Part shown: positions 30,022 to 43,753 of the stretch, piece by piece
Layout of the letters: each line of letters opens with the position of its first letter
How positions within the stretch are numbered: the stretch's first letter is position 1
Assembly: GCF_009914755.1 (NCBI RefSeq)
Contig: NC_060929.1
Direction: 5' to 3' (one strand)
DNA length: 64,000 nucleotides
Source of the DNA: the human T2T-CHM13v2.0 reference genome, Homo sapiens
Position numbers and translations under genes: made by a program
Notes under the pieces: model-generated
The model's database searches: none
Told to the model about the DNA's origin: nothing
What the model saw: the letters and a program-made list of their open reading frames with translations, nothing else

Positions 30022-32297
30022 TTTAATTGCCAACAAAAAAAAAAGTCTAAGGCCAGGTGGATTCACAGCTGAATTCCATCAGACATTCAAAGAATTGGTA
30101 CCAATCCTACTGAAAGTATTACAAAAGATAAAGAGGGAATCCTCCCTAAATCATTCTATGAAGCCAGTATTACCCTAATACCAAAACCAGGAAACGACAT
30201 AACAAAGAAAGAAAACTACGGATCAATATCCTTGAGGAATATAGATGCAAAAATCTTCAACAAAAAACTAGCTAACCAAATCCAACAGCATATCAAAAAG
30301 ATAATACACCATGATCAAGTGGGTTTCATACCAGGGAGGCAGGTTGGTTTAACATACACAAGTTGATAAATTTGATATACCACATAAACAGAAGTAAAAA
30401 CAAAATCATATGTTCCTCCCAATAGATGCAGAAAAAGCATTTGACAAAAATCTAACATCCTTTTGTGATTAAAACCCTCAGCAAAATTGGCATAGAAAGG
30501 ACATACCTGAAGGTAATAAAAGCCATCTACAACAAACCTACCACCAACATTATGCTGAACAGGGCAAAATTGAAAGCATTTCCCCTGAGAACTGTAACAA
30601 GACAAGAATGCCCAGTTTCATCACTTCTATTCAACCTAATCCTGGAAGTCCTAGCCAGAGCAATCAGACAAGAGAAAAAATAAAAATCATCCAAATCGGT
30701 AAAAAGGAAATCAAACTGTCACTGTTTGCTGATGATATGATCATATGCCTAGAAAACCCTAAAAACTCATCCAAATTGCTCCTAGATTTGATAATTAAAC
30801 TCAGTAAAGTTTCAGGATACAAAATCAATGTACACAAATCAGTAACACTGCTATATACCAACAGCAACCAAGCTGAGGATCAAATCAAGAAATCAAACTC
30901 TTTTACAACAGCGCAAAAAATTAAATGAAATACTTACGAATATACCTAACCAAATAAGTGAAAGATCTCTACAAGGAAACCTACAAAACACTGCTTAAGT
31001 AAATCATAGACAACACAAACAAATGGAAACACATCCCATGTTCATGGATGGGTAGAATCAATATTGTGAAAATGACCACACTGCCAAAAGCAATCTACAA
31101 ATTCAAAGCAATTCTCATCAAAATATCAATACCATTCTTCACAGAACTAGAAAAAAAAAATCGTAAAATTCATATGGAACCAAAAAAGGAGCTCGCATAG
31201 CCAAAGCAAGACTAAGCAAAAAGAACAAATCTGAAGGCATCACATAACCTGACTTCAAACTACACTATAAGGCCATAGTCACCAAATCAGCATGGTACTA
31301 GTATAAAAATAGGCACATAGACCAATGGAACAGAATAGAGAACCCAGAAATGAAGCCAAATACTTACAGCCAACTGATCTTTGACAAAGCAAACAAAAAC
31401 ATGAAGTGGGGAAAGGCCACCCTGTTCAACAAATGATGCTGGGATAATTGGCAAGCCACATGTAGGAGAATGAACCTGGATCCTCATCTCTCACCTTATA
31501 CAAAAATCAACTCAAGATGGATAAAAGACTTAAATCTAAGACCTGAAACCATAAAAATTCTAAAAGATAACATCAGAAAAACCCTTCTAGACATTGGCTT
31601 ATGCAAAGACTTCGTGACCAAGAACCCAAAAGCAAATGTGATAAAAACAATGATAAACAGATGGAATTTAAATTAAAAGGCTCTGCACAGCGAAAGAAAT
31701 AATCAGCAGAGTAAACAGACAACCCACAGAGTGGGAGAAAATCTTCACAATCCATGTATCCGACAAAGGACTAATATAGAGAATCTACAAAAATTCAAAC
31801 AAATCAGCAAGAAAAAAAACAAACAATCCCATCAAAAAGTGGGCTAAGGACATGAATAGACAATTCTCAAAGGAAGATATACAAATGGCCAACAAGCATA
31901 TGGAAAAATGCTCAACATCACTAATTATCAGGGATATGCAAATAAAAGCCACGATGCGATACCACCTTACTCCTCCAAGAATGGTCATAATTTAAAAATT
32001 TAAAAAAATATAGGTGTTGGTGTGAATGTGGTGAAAAGGGAACACTTTTATACTGCTGGTGGGAAGGTAAACTAGTACAACCACTATGGAAAACAGTACG
32101 GACATTCCTTAAAGAAATAAAAGAGAAACTACCATTTGATTCAGCAATCCCACTACTAGGTATCTACCCAGAGGAAAAGAAGTTATTATATGAAAAATAT
32201 ACTTGCACATGCATGTTTATAGCAGCAAAATTCACAATTGCAAAGATACGGAACCAGCCTAAATGCCCATCAACCAACAAGTGAATAAAGAAAATGT

Positions 32298-32363
32298 GAT
32301 ATATATATATACCTACACACACACATACATACGCACCCTGGACTACTACTCATAGAAAATGTG

Positions 32364-32396
<33 letters not shown>

Positions 32397-32485
32397 TATA
32401 CATACACACATATGTATATATATGTACACGCATACACATATATGTATACACACATACACATATGTGTGTGTATACACACACACAA
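32298..32485. repeat. (TA/CA)n microsatellite with a short internal duplication in L1PB
   Basis: AGAAAATGTGATATATATATATA occurs at 32289 and again at 32354. Confidence 0.9.
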
Positions 32486-33041
32486 CATGGAATACTACTC
32501 AGCCATAAAAAGGAACAAAATAATGCCATTTGCAGCAACCCGGATGGAGTTGGAGACCATTATTCTAAGTGAAGTAACTTAGGAATGGTATACCAAACGT
32601 CATATGTTCTCACTTATAAGTGGGAGCTAAGCTATGAAGACGCAAAGGCAAAAGAATGACACAATGGACTCTGGAAACTTGGAGGGAAGAGTGGGAGGGG
32701 AGTGAGGGACAAAAGAGTGCACATTGGGTGCAGTGTACACTTCTCATGTGATGGGTGCGCCAGAATCTCAGAAATCACACCTAAAGAACGTATCCATGTA
32801 ACCAAACACCACCCGTTCCCCCAAAACTATTGAAATTATCATTTTAAAAAATTTAAATAAAAATTAAAAAAGAAATTAATTATATATACAAAACCTTCCA
32901 TTTCAAAAAAGTATTTCCTTAATTAATTCTATGCTAGCTAAACACCTTTTATATCAAAAAAATTGGAAGATATCTAAAATCTGAAAGATTCGGAATATTT
33001 ATCATCTTATTATTTTTCCTACAGAAGTGATAATTATTTTG

Positions 33042-33156
33042 AGTATACAAGAATATACCATGCAATATTTGGGACATAGTTATACTAAAATAAAATTCAT
33101 TGTTTACCTGAAATTCAAATTTGACTGGGTACCCAGTACTTAATCTGGCAACCTTA
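33042..33156. mobile_element. MER53-like MITE, right half
   Basis: CCATGCAATATTTGGGACATAGTTATACTAAAA...TGAAATTCAAATTTGACTGGG...AATCTGGCAACCTTA. Confidence 0.8.
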
Positions 33157-35467
33157 TGCATAAGTGAATTGGGTTGAGGAAAGAAGAACCAAATTGGCTA
33201 TACAGAAGGACTTTTTAAATAGCTATGAATTTAGGCTACCAACTACCATGTAGGCTGCCATAGTGGTATCAAGTGGTGACACCGCCCCCACCCAGTAACT
33301 CTAAGACATCTACATCACCGCTATGGTTCTATTCTGCAGGAACTCCTAAGGACTTAGGGCTTTTCCAACACATCTAGCATCTGATTAAAACATGGGAAAG
33401 CCTTACTCCATGTCATAGTCAGCTATTTGGAACCATGTTTGTAATTTGTTTTACTGCCTGGGGGACTCTCAGGCTATCTCATTATTCCATTTCAGACAAA
33501 ATTCCTGAAAAAAAATCTATGTCTTTATTTAGCACAGAAATCACTTTTATTTTAGAGTCCCAAAGTAGAGCCCATATTCTCTTCTCCTCAAATCAAACAT
33601 TCCTGCAATCTTCATGCCTAGCTTGCAATTGAACTGTGTCTGCATCTCCTGAATAAAACTTATCACTCTAAACCTCATCCCCAAAAGCCTCAAGTTTCTG
33701 GCATCTTTCTCTGTTTCCCAATAGTTCCCTCTCCCTACACTTGCACTCTTTTTGTTCTCAGCATGCACTGCAACACATTTTCTCCCTGTGTGGACCAAAG
33801 CCATGCTATAGAAACAAATAAATAAGAACCCCAACCGACCATTGCTGTGAAGTTCACTATAATTCCTGTCATAGAAAAACAGCATCAACCATAATGACAG
33901 TTAGAAGTGTGCATTACACTAAGAAAGTAAACCAAATTAAATTCCAGGAATATTATTTAATTAATATAAAATTAGCTTTAGCATTGACAGTTTATTATAC
34001 GATAGAACAAATAAAGCTCTATTACTTGTTACTTGTATATTTTGTTCCAAGATTGCATTAAAATTATAACTTACAGCTTTTTAAATTTATAACTATAATT
34101 TAACAAGATTCAAAAAACTCAAGAAAATCAAATGCTTTCTATAATATTGTACACTGCTAATAATTAGATAATGATGATCTAAAACCCCTCTAAATGTTGA
34201 TGCGCCTTTTGAACCTTAATTCACTCAGTATATACTGATCACCATGTTTTTGCATAAGACTATGCTGCAGTCTTTGGAGATATCAAATACATGGCACTGC
34301 AATACAATCTTTCTTTGAATTACAATCTAATTATCAAGAGAGGAATGTATTATTATATGCATAAAATGTCAAATTGTAAAATATCTTCAATGACGGTGCA
34401 ACATTTTCTAAATTTTTCAACTAACTCAAGCTCTTAACGTCTCCTACACACGTGCTTAAAAGAAAAGGTGTTATATGATAAAAATTAATTAAGGATGGAA
34501 TTACTAATTCAGCAATGCAGTTGCAGTCTGCCATGCTTTCTGACATGAGCTCTTCTTAATCTGGCATAAGCTTTCCCTCTCACCCCTCTTGCATAACCAG
34601 GTTTGCTCAGGCCATAATTACAATAGAGTTTGTTCCATAGCTGCGGTATCTGTATGTGTCATTTTTCACAACATCTCTCACCTTTTTACAACCGATGAGT
34701 TTGTCTTCAAATGCCTACATTTGCAATTTGGTTCTGTCAGGTTCAATTAATTACTGCTGATAATAATATCAGATCTCATAACCTACTTATTTCTCCATCT
34801 CCTTAGTGACTGCCAAATGGAACAAATACACATAAACAGAAAATAAAGACTAAAGATGCTATTTGAGCGGAGGATAAATTAAGGAATAATCTACTATCAA
34901 ACAGAATAAGAAAAGCATAAGCAATCAGAAAATGCAATAATCCCTCATTAGAACTCCCTTAACCTTTTCTGCAGCTCACATGCCCTCCCTGCATCCACAA
35001 GGACCTCCAGCATTGCCTAAGAAGCTGCTTGGAGTCTTCCTTTAAATTGGATTTTTCTTTTGTTTCTATCATATTGTCTTCGACTCCTACTATCCACTCA
35101 GACACCCACGGAAAAGTTTTAAATTGAAAAGCCTTCTAGAGAAAGAGTTACTGTGAACTAAGTAATGCTTTGATTTCTAGAAAGCTTTTAATTTTAAGCA
35201 CAAATGGAAATATGCATGTCATGATTGATGGTGTGCTGAGGCGTATTTGTTTATGACCTTCAAAAATAGGTTTCAAATGCCAAAAATAAAAAGTTTTTTA
35301 ATATGCTACTTTTAGTGTACTACCTCACTGTGCTTGTATCATTGGTTTGTCATTGTACAAATATTTATAGCCAGAAATCCACCTGTCTTGGTTAATATTC
35401 CAAATCAATTAAACTGTGGGAAAATCTCAGACTAAACCTTAGTGTTAAGCAGGAGAATATAATTTAA

Positions 35468-35903
35468 TTTCAACTTTTATTTTAGATACATGTTTGTCAC
35501 ATGAGTATATTGCACCCGCATAGTGAACACAATACCCAATAGGTTGTTTTTCAACCCACAGCCTCATCCTTCCCTACCCCATGTAGCAGTGTTTATTGTT
35601 CTTATGTTTATATCCGTATGTGCTCCATGGTTACCACCCACTTATAGTGACAGCATGCAGTATTTTGTTTTCTGTTCCTGTGTTAATTTGATTAGAATTA
35701 TCATCTCCAGCTCCATCCATTTTGCTGCAAAGAGCATGATTCCATTCTTTTTTATAGCTGCATAGTATTCCCTAATGTATATGTACCATATTTTCTTTAA
35801 TTCATCATTGACGGGCACATAGGTTGATTCTACATCCTTGCAATTTGTGAATAGCATGGCAATCAGCGTAGGAATGCATGCATCTTTTAGGTATAATAAT
35901 CTA
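35468..35903 (-). mobile_element. Old L1PA (PA15-17-like) 3' end
   Basis: ORF 35642..35857 (-) YIREYYAAIKKNGIMLFAAKWMELE; TSD GGAGAATATAATTTAA (35452-35467) / GGAAAATAAAATTTAA (35905-35920). Confidence 0.9.
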
Positions 35904-38029
35904 GGGAAAATAAAATTTAAGACAATAAAACTTCGCTATAAAACTGAAGGATTTTAAAATGCTCTAGTTGTTTAGTTAATGGAAATAATCAAACATAACT
36001 TAGGCCCAAGCTCCCTCATTTCATTCAACAGTGTACTTTTTATCTAAATTACCCTATAACTGTCTCAGCTCCTCATTTGAAAATACTGCCATAGAGTTGA
36101 ACTTAGAAAGTCAGTTTTCATAATGAGAAAATTCCTAAACTCCATTAAACATTTTCAGAGCCAAAGAAAGTCAGTCCTCTTTGAGAATAACAACTTTAAA
36201 AAAAAAAAATTTTACACCATTCAAATAGTAAAAGAATCATTTAATTTATAGACACATTAATGATATACCAACATAAAGAGATTCTCAGTCTTGGTTAAAA
36301 CAAACAAGATAAAAATGAATCATTTGCATATTTTAAAAATTTATTTTATGAAAGCACTTGGGGATTATAGACAGAGTCTAAGCTCCAGTGTCCAAGTTTA
36401 CATAAAACTTCACTTGGGGGAGTTTTTTATAGAGCTCCAATAGATGCCAAAACTTCTACATGGGCCCTATATTTATTAAGGCAAAACCCAAGTGATTTTC
36501 AAAAGAGTGAATTCAGGACTCTTGATCAATTAGATATTTCTGTTTTATAAGTTTGATCTTTAATTTTTTTTTAAAGGATGGAACATGGCAAAGTTCACGA
36601 GAAGGAGCAAACAGTATTTGAAGACCTCTTTGAAAAGTCTCCCCAGGAGCAGGACAGATAGGCGCCTGCTGTACCAGTCAGAGACACCTCCCTACTGTGA
36701 TGTTAATAAGATGAAGGGTACCAGTACAAAAAGCCACAGTAATTATAGGGAGAGGTAAATACTTTTTTTATTATTCACAGACTGCCTCTCCATGCAGCCT
36801 GCACGTTAACGTGTACATGTGAATTCAACATTTCTTTAGAATTTTGCCTTTCACTAATAGGTCAGAGAAGAGCCACAATAGGGACAAATCATTGCCAATC
36901 GTATAGGATATTAGAAGATGCCTATGTCTCCTAATTCTTTTGTTCTGTCTTTCAAGAAAGTTATTTGCCACCAATTTTTCAAATACCTGTCACAAATATT
37001 AATGCCAACTGGTTTCCAGAAACATGTGGATTAAGGGGATAACAGAATAACTAGATCATTTTATATACACCCAAGAGGGCACCCAAAAGTAAAATACATG
37101 ATAGGGAAATAGAATGCAGCCATGGAATTCCTGTAAAATGTCTTTAACATCTCATTGAGTCTCTTCTGCAGGAAAATGATGTCAAAAAAGAGACAGAAAA
37201 CAACATTGGCTTTTAGCCAAGTGTGAAGTTCTGTATTTAGTAATCCTGAATTTTCACAATAATCATGCGATTATTTAGCTTAGTGTGGTTTCCTGAATAT
37301 ATAACTGAAAAGAAAAAAATGGATTCTGATCCACTGAATCCAAGAATGTATGAAATTCTAAAACGAAGTTGTTGTGCAAAAGCTTGGCATGAGTCTATTT
37401 CCCTAAATGAATCAAGTGAGAAGCAGGGAGGTTGTCAGGAAGTAGAGATTTTCTTTTTTTTTTTTTCAAAAGGAGCAAGCATATATTTAAATCCCTAGTT
37501 GGTTTAACTAATTGGTGTGGAGTGAAGTAAATTAGCGGCCCTAATGCAGACAGTTCAGAGTCTGACAATATGGGAGCATGTAGGTTATGATCTTATCCTA
37601 CGTAATAGTGACTATGCCCTAAATGCAGATTCTGGAAAGAAGATAAAATAAGCATGTGTCCCTGACCTTAAGGAGAATCATTTCTAGGACACTGTTTCAG
37701 CCTTCTGCATATATGATTCACTTAACATTTGCCTACTTTTCAGAACTTAAAAAACAGGATTATTTTTCTACAATGATAAAGAAAGGTTGAACCATTGAGA
37801 TGTAATCTGCTACAGATAATAAGTGAAAAGGGCTAAATATGCCATAGACACTCTCCCACAATTCTTTATGAATGTACCCTGTGATTTATAATTGCTTTAA
37901 AGAGTCAGGCTCAAGGGTGGGGGTGGTGTATAGCTAGGGAGAAGTGGTCAAAGGGAATGCCATTCTTGGGGCGTCTCATTTCACGATTATTGCATAAGCT
38001 CACCCAGACGACACAGATATATAGAATGT

Positions 38030-38400
38030 CCTTAGAATAGAAAATCCTGGAATTGGAAAGAAAACAGTGGTGACCAAATCCAATCCCTCCCCATAAGCAG
38101 AAAATGACCCTGAAACATCAAGGGTTTTACAGCACTCAATCCCTCCAGTGATGAAGAGCTATTCCGCCTTTGACAAGCCCAAATCATTTTTGGGCAGCTG
38201 TGACTATGAGACAGGGCTACGTTTTACACAATCGATATCTGCCTCCCTGTGGCTTCTCTCCAATGGTTTATTCCCTAGGCTTTCATCCAAATTGCTATGA
38301 AAATATTGAACAACACAGGGTCAGAGTCCTCCCCGCAGATATGCAAGGATCACCTGGTGAACACTCCTTGCTTAATCTCCTAAGGTTCCCCTAATTGTTC
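38030..38400 (-). mobile_element. L3/CR1 LINE 3' fragment
   Basis: CCTCCAGTGATGAAGAGCT...GGGCAGCTGTGACTATGAGA...ATCTGCCTCCCTGTGGCTTCTCTCCAATGGT resembles antisense CR1/L3. Confidence 0.6.
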
Positions 38401-38949
38401 AGTTCTTTGTGGGAAAGTACCTCCCTGAACCTAAGGATAGTATCTGTGTGCTGCCTATCAAATGCAGAAGAGGGATTTTACAACCTATCAAACTCAAAAG
38501 AGGGATTTGGCAAGACCCTTCTGAGTGATTTCACTTTGGCTGTGAGTTATTAGCACTTCTCTTTTAAGTACCAGCAGACAATCTTTTCTAGAATTTGGCT
38601 GGGGATAAAGGCAGGGTGCCAAAACTGATTTCATATACTTCTCAATGTAGTCCACAGCTAACCCTAGGCCTACAAAAAAAAAAAATTACATCTCAGCATC
38701 CTTATAAAACTATAATTATGCCACGGTTCCAGCATTTGAGAGAAAAACACTGATTTGACACTCAGTGTGTCCACATGGGACAAAATCTCTTCTGAGAACA
38801 TTTACATTTTTAGTGATATCTTACAACATCTTAAAATAACAACAACAACAAAAATCCTTTGGTGTGCAGGAGGACCAATGTTTTAAGATGGTGTTTTTTA
38901 GATCTATTTCCATGGAATATGCATGTCAACCTCTGTTTTTTCTTCAAGC

Positions 38950-39510
38950 TCCTCCTTTGGCTTCAGTATCTCCATGCTTGCTTTTCCCTAAACTTCTCTG
39001 ACTTTCCTTTGTTAGTCCCTTTTACTATATTCTCTTCCTACACTCGTCTGTTATTGTTGGTGTTTTCCTTATTTTCTCTACATTATTTCCTTCAATAATA
39101 TCTTCCCATGACTTTAGCAACTGCCAAAAAGTCAATAACTTCCCAAACCTGTATTTCCAGCCCTGACAGCTTCCGGGAGCCCACTCATGAGGAAAACCCC
39201 ATACTCTGTCATCCCTGCCTTTGGATCATGCTACCTTCTTTATGAAAGGTCCCTTCCTCCCACCTTTCCTACTAGCATAATTTAACTCCCTCTCCATAGT
39301 GCAATGCAACATAAATGTCCATTCACATTTTTAATTGGCTAATACTTATCTCACTGCACGATACCTGCTATATGGATGCATATGGCTTATCCCTAAGCCA
39401 TAAGCTCCTTGAGGACAAGAACTGCAGTATATCCACCTTTATATTTCTAGGACTTAGACTAATGCATGAATTATTCTAGGGGCTAAATGAAATATCAGTT
39501 GAATGAAATA
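38950..39510 (+). mobile_element. L2 fragments including the 3' tail
   Basis: TAAGCTCCTTGAGGACAAGAACTG...GTTGAATGAA. Confidence 0.6.
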
Positions 39511-42500
39511 GAATATGAAATGAGTTTCTCACTAAGCAGAAGCATTGAGGTGCCGGTGCTTGCAACTCAATCACTGAATACATAAAAAGCAAGTGCTTTT
39601 TCAGATGGGTATTTGGTGTGCATGCTTACAAAGCATGCATGGTTTATCCTCTCAATGGCCTGTGCTTAATGCTCCCTAGGTACCCTGGGGCTTGGTAATC
39701 TTTGAAAGCACTGCACCAAAGTTAAAAGCCTAGCAAGCATGCACAGATAATGGCATTTAAAGCTAGAACTTCCCCTTCCTGTTAGAATAACCCAACTAGC
39801 ACATTCTCACAATAAAACAAAATATTTGTCAAAGTTCATATGATTTCTCAGTGAAATATTCTGCAAGCTATGAAATGTAGCCACCTCTAAATAAACATAG
39901 TAATGCACAGCATAGCATCCCAAAGTAAAACTGAAAATCAGTATCTTTTCAATGCAAATTAACATAGAGAATCTCATGTCCCACAGTACTTCCTGTGTCT
40001 TCTAAATTCCCATGATTAAATGTTCCAAGTGTTTGTTTAGAATGGTCTTGATGTTAGTCACAGTGTTACAGTGAGAACCATGATTTTTTTACAGAGAACT
40101 CCGGGATCTGAAGGAGCCACAGAGAGATGAGTGTTAGCAGGTGCAGGGACAAGATTTAAAGGTGGATGCTGAAATGATCAATGGAGCATTTTTTGTGTGT
40201 GTGAAAAAGAATGAATAGAAACATTTGTAATGAGATGAAGAGCACAAAAACAAAGGCAACCCATAGAATATCATGAGAGAATATATACTTCCTGGGAAGT
40301 ATCACGCACTAATGGGAAACACATTTAAGCGAAAAAGAATGGATAGGTTAGGAACCAAGAACAAATGAGCTTCAACCATGTGCTAGGCATGGGCTGGGTG
40401 CTGCACACCGTTTGACACTGGACATTAGAAGAAAGCTGATCTAATACTCATTTAGTCTCTATTTTTAAAATGAAAATATTTATTTTGAGATTAGCAGCTT
40501 CCTCTCTAATGAATCTTATGTATCCCGTATGAATACTTTGCAGCTATAAATGAAAGCAGCCAAATGAGTTTCTCTGTAATCACCCCACTTCCAACTCAGA
40601 GATTCTTGAAAATGATATCTGAATCACATCATTACTTGTCTTTTCTTTGAATAATGCATATTTGGATAATGGGCAAAGTAAATGTGCATAACATGGCAGA
40701 GGATGAACAAGGTTACATGAGTATAAAATATACTCATTAAAGAAAAAAGTTTATCATGGAGGATCAGCAATATTGGATGGGACAGTAAAATGAATATGTA
40801 CCTATATATAATTAGAGAAAGTATTTCTTTCATCTTTCTCCGTTCCCTGTGGCACTTAAGTGCACAAGAAATGTTCTTTGAAGTCAATGAGCACCGTCTA
40901 CTGGATTTGGAGGACATGATGTTGGGAACAATTTAAACGGAGTTTCATTTTCTAAAGTACAGATGAATGTCTTAAGAATTAACAGTGTAGAACACGATAG
41001 GTAAAAATGAACAATGTGATAAAAACAAACTTGAACATGCTGCTCAATGGCCTTGGATTTCTAGTAATTATGCTCTTTCTCTGAATCTCCTTAGGGCTCA
41101 GGCATAATTAAAATAGCAATTACTGACAACAGCAAGATTTTCTATCATAGATATATGAAATAACTAGCAGCAACATAAATGAGGATGAATGTAAAGATTA
41201 TATTTAAAAGTTTCACATCATACTTCATAGAATGATAGCTTTTTTAAAAAAGTATATCTCTGGGTATATAATTTGCAAGTGCATAAACACAGAACTTCCA
41301 ATTTAAGAATGCCCCCAGGTAATGAGAATGAGTGCTGCTGTCATATGACATTGGCAAGCCTCTGAAATAGTGTAGCACTGGATTTCTTAACTTTATCTTG
41401 CCAGGGTTCAGTGATAAGAATGGAGGGAAATCCATACCGGGCCACTCTTACAACACAGCCCCCAGGGCACCATGCTCAACCCCTGGCACAGGGTGACATG
41501 TCTGATGTTGCTCTGCCAAATTCTCCCCCACCTCACACTTTTTCTCCTTCCGAAGAGTAGAGTTATGAATGTCTAAGATCAAAGTCACCATCATCGCCTG
41601 CTTCTAATCAAGAAATTTCATTGTTTTCTGGAACACAGATAGATCCCAGTTCTCCCTCCAAAGGGACACATTTTCTAATCAGCTTGTCACTATTGAAAGC
41701 ACCAGCATCCTTTACTCCACACATCTTTCCAGCTGAGTTGTATGCACAGGTTGATACCATTTCATGGATAGCATGAGACCAAGCCCATTTATGGATTTAC
41801 AATAAACATTAAAGAATATTACCATGGCTACATACATGGGGAGAAAGTACAGACACTAAATCTCCAGCCGATTGCCATTTCCTTTTATAACAACTTGGTG
41901 GTCGTGCAAATTAGTATAACTCTTGAATGGCTTTAAAGGAGCAGATATGAGTTTAGTGGGAGTTGTGGCTCATTGACTTTAGCGGGAGAATATGACTCAA
42001 ATCCTCTGAGTTTTATAAGGTAATGAGTTAGTTTAGGTTAAAGCAAACCTTGGAACATAATTTGATTGGTTTTTCCTCTATCAGTGATGGATGATGCTTG
42101 ATAATCACTTTCTGCCTATTATATCAATAAATCAACTGCAATTCAATTTTAATCTGTAAATAAAGTTAAATCAGGGCTATGAGCAAATTACACGCCTGCA
42201 TTAGCTACTTAGAGGTGTCATTACTGTCTGTGGTTATTGAGCCGAATGTAGATATTTGAGCTTTTAAATTCTAGTTTTAAAGAAGCTGAGATAAATTTCT
42301 TGAATGTTCTTACAAGAAACACCATACACTCTGAGAAATTTGTACCTGCCTGAAATTGCAAACATAAATTATACGATATCAGAACAAATAAGGATTTCTA
42401 GCTTCAAGCACCAAGTGATATTATCTTCGGATTGTCAGTAGGCATGCAGGGAACACAATATAGAATGAAGTTAAATGCTCCTCATGGAGAAGAAAAATGG

Positions 42501-43033
42501 GACAATAATCCCATCTCGGCTTAAGAAATTAAAGCTAGGAAAAATACCCAGTGTGTCAACCTGCCATGTTGTACTGTGCTCACAGCTGGACTCCATCATA
42601 TGGGCAGTCTTACGGCACCTAGCACATTATGAGTGCTCAGTAAATATCACAGAATGATATTAACCAGTGCAAGGCACCACAGGCTCTAAATCTCTAACAT
42701 AATGGGACATGTCTATATGAATGTGAAGCACAGCAGGCTGGATGAAAGCAAATGTCAGCCCAGGAGATAGAAAGGAGACTGGCCACGCCTCTGTGAGAAT
42801 GGTGAGAGATAGAACCACCCAGAAACAATAGTGACCACTGCACTTAGTTCTGTTTGTGTGGACAGATCAATTCCTCAGCCTTTTGTGACTGAAATCAACT
42901 AAGAAAACCAGAGTGTAATTTTATGCCAGTCATGTTTGACTCACTGCACCTTTGTGACAAGGTACTGAGAGGTAAACATTCCAGAATGATAACTATTTTC
43001 CAGTTAATGGGGGCTACAGAAAGTCATGCATGC

Positions 43034-43753
43034 GGAGCCCTTTCCTCATTCCTTTCACTGCTGCGGCCACAGCCATGAGTATGCTTCGGCTTCAGAAGAG
43101 GCTCGCCTCTAGTGTCCTCCACTGGGGCAAGAAGAAGGTCTGGTTGGACCCCGATGAGATCAATGAAATCGCCAATGCCAACTCTCGTCAGTAGATCCGG
43201 AAGCTGATCAAAGATGGGCTGATCATCTGGAAGCCTGTGACTGTCCATTCCCAGGCTCAATTCTGGAAAAACACCTTGGCCCACCAGAAGGGCAAGCACA
43301 TGTGCATAGGTAAGAAAAAGCATACAGCCAAATGCCCAAATGCCAGGGCAGGTCACTTGGATAAGGAGAACGAGGATTCTGTGTCGGCTGCTCAGAAGAT
43401 ACCATGAATCTAAGAAAATTGATTGCCACATGTATCACAGCCTGTACCTGCAGATGAAGGGGAATGTGTTCAAAAACAAGCAGATTCTCATGGAATACAT
43501 CCGCAAGCTGAAGGCAGGCAAGGCCTGCAAGAAGCTCCTGGCTGACCAGGCTGAGGCCCGCAGGTCCAAGACCAAGGACGCACGCAAGCACAGTGAAGAG
43601 CGCCTCCAGGCAAAGAAGTGGGAGATGATGAAGACTTTGTCCAAGGAGGAAGACACCAAGAAATAAAAGCTCCCCATTTGTCTGTAATGCTGGCCTCCAT
43701 GATTACATAGATCAGCCATTAAAATAAAACAAGCCTTTATCTGCAAAAAAAAA
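43034..43753 (+). pseudogene. RPL19: Processed (retro)pseudogene of 60S ribosomal protein L19 (eL19)
   Basis: ATG 43075 reads [24 protein letters not shown]; premature TAG at 43192-43194 (codon 40); +1 insertion near 43330; C-terminal residues 89-196 in ORF 43340..43666; intronless; 5' pyrimidine tract; AATAAA at 43723; poly-A; exact TSD AAAGTCATGCATGC (43020-43033 / 43754-43767). The symbol is the parent gene; the pseudogene number is unknown. Confidence 0.98.

Noticed and set aside
40095-40140. Possible 46-nt exon after TTTTTTTACAG
   Set aside because: Acceptor is plausible, but the donor CAG|GTGCAG is weak and there is no other support.
40861-40936. Protein-like short frame AQEMFFEVNEHRLLDLEDMMLGTI-stop after a pyrimidine tract
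   Set aside because: Poor acceptor context, no recognised homology, only 24 codons.
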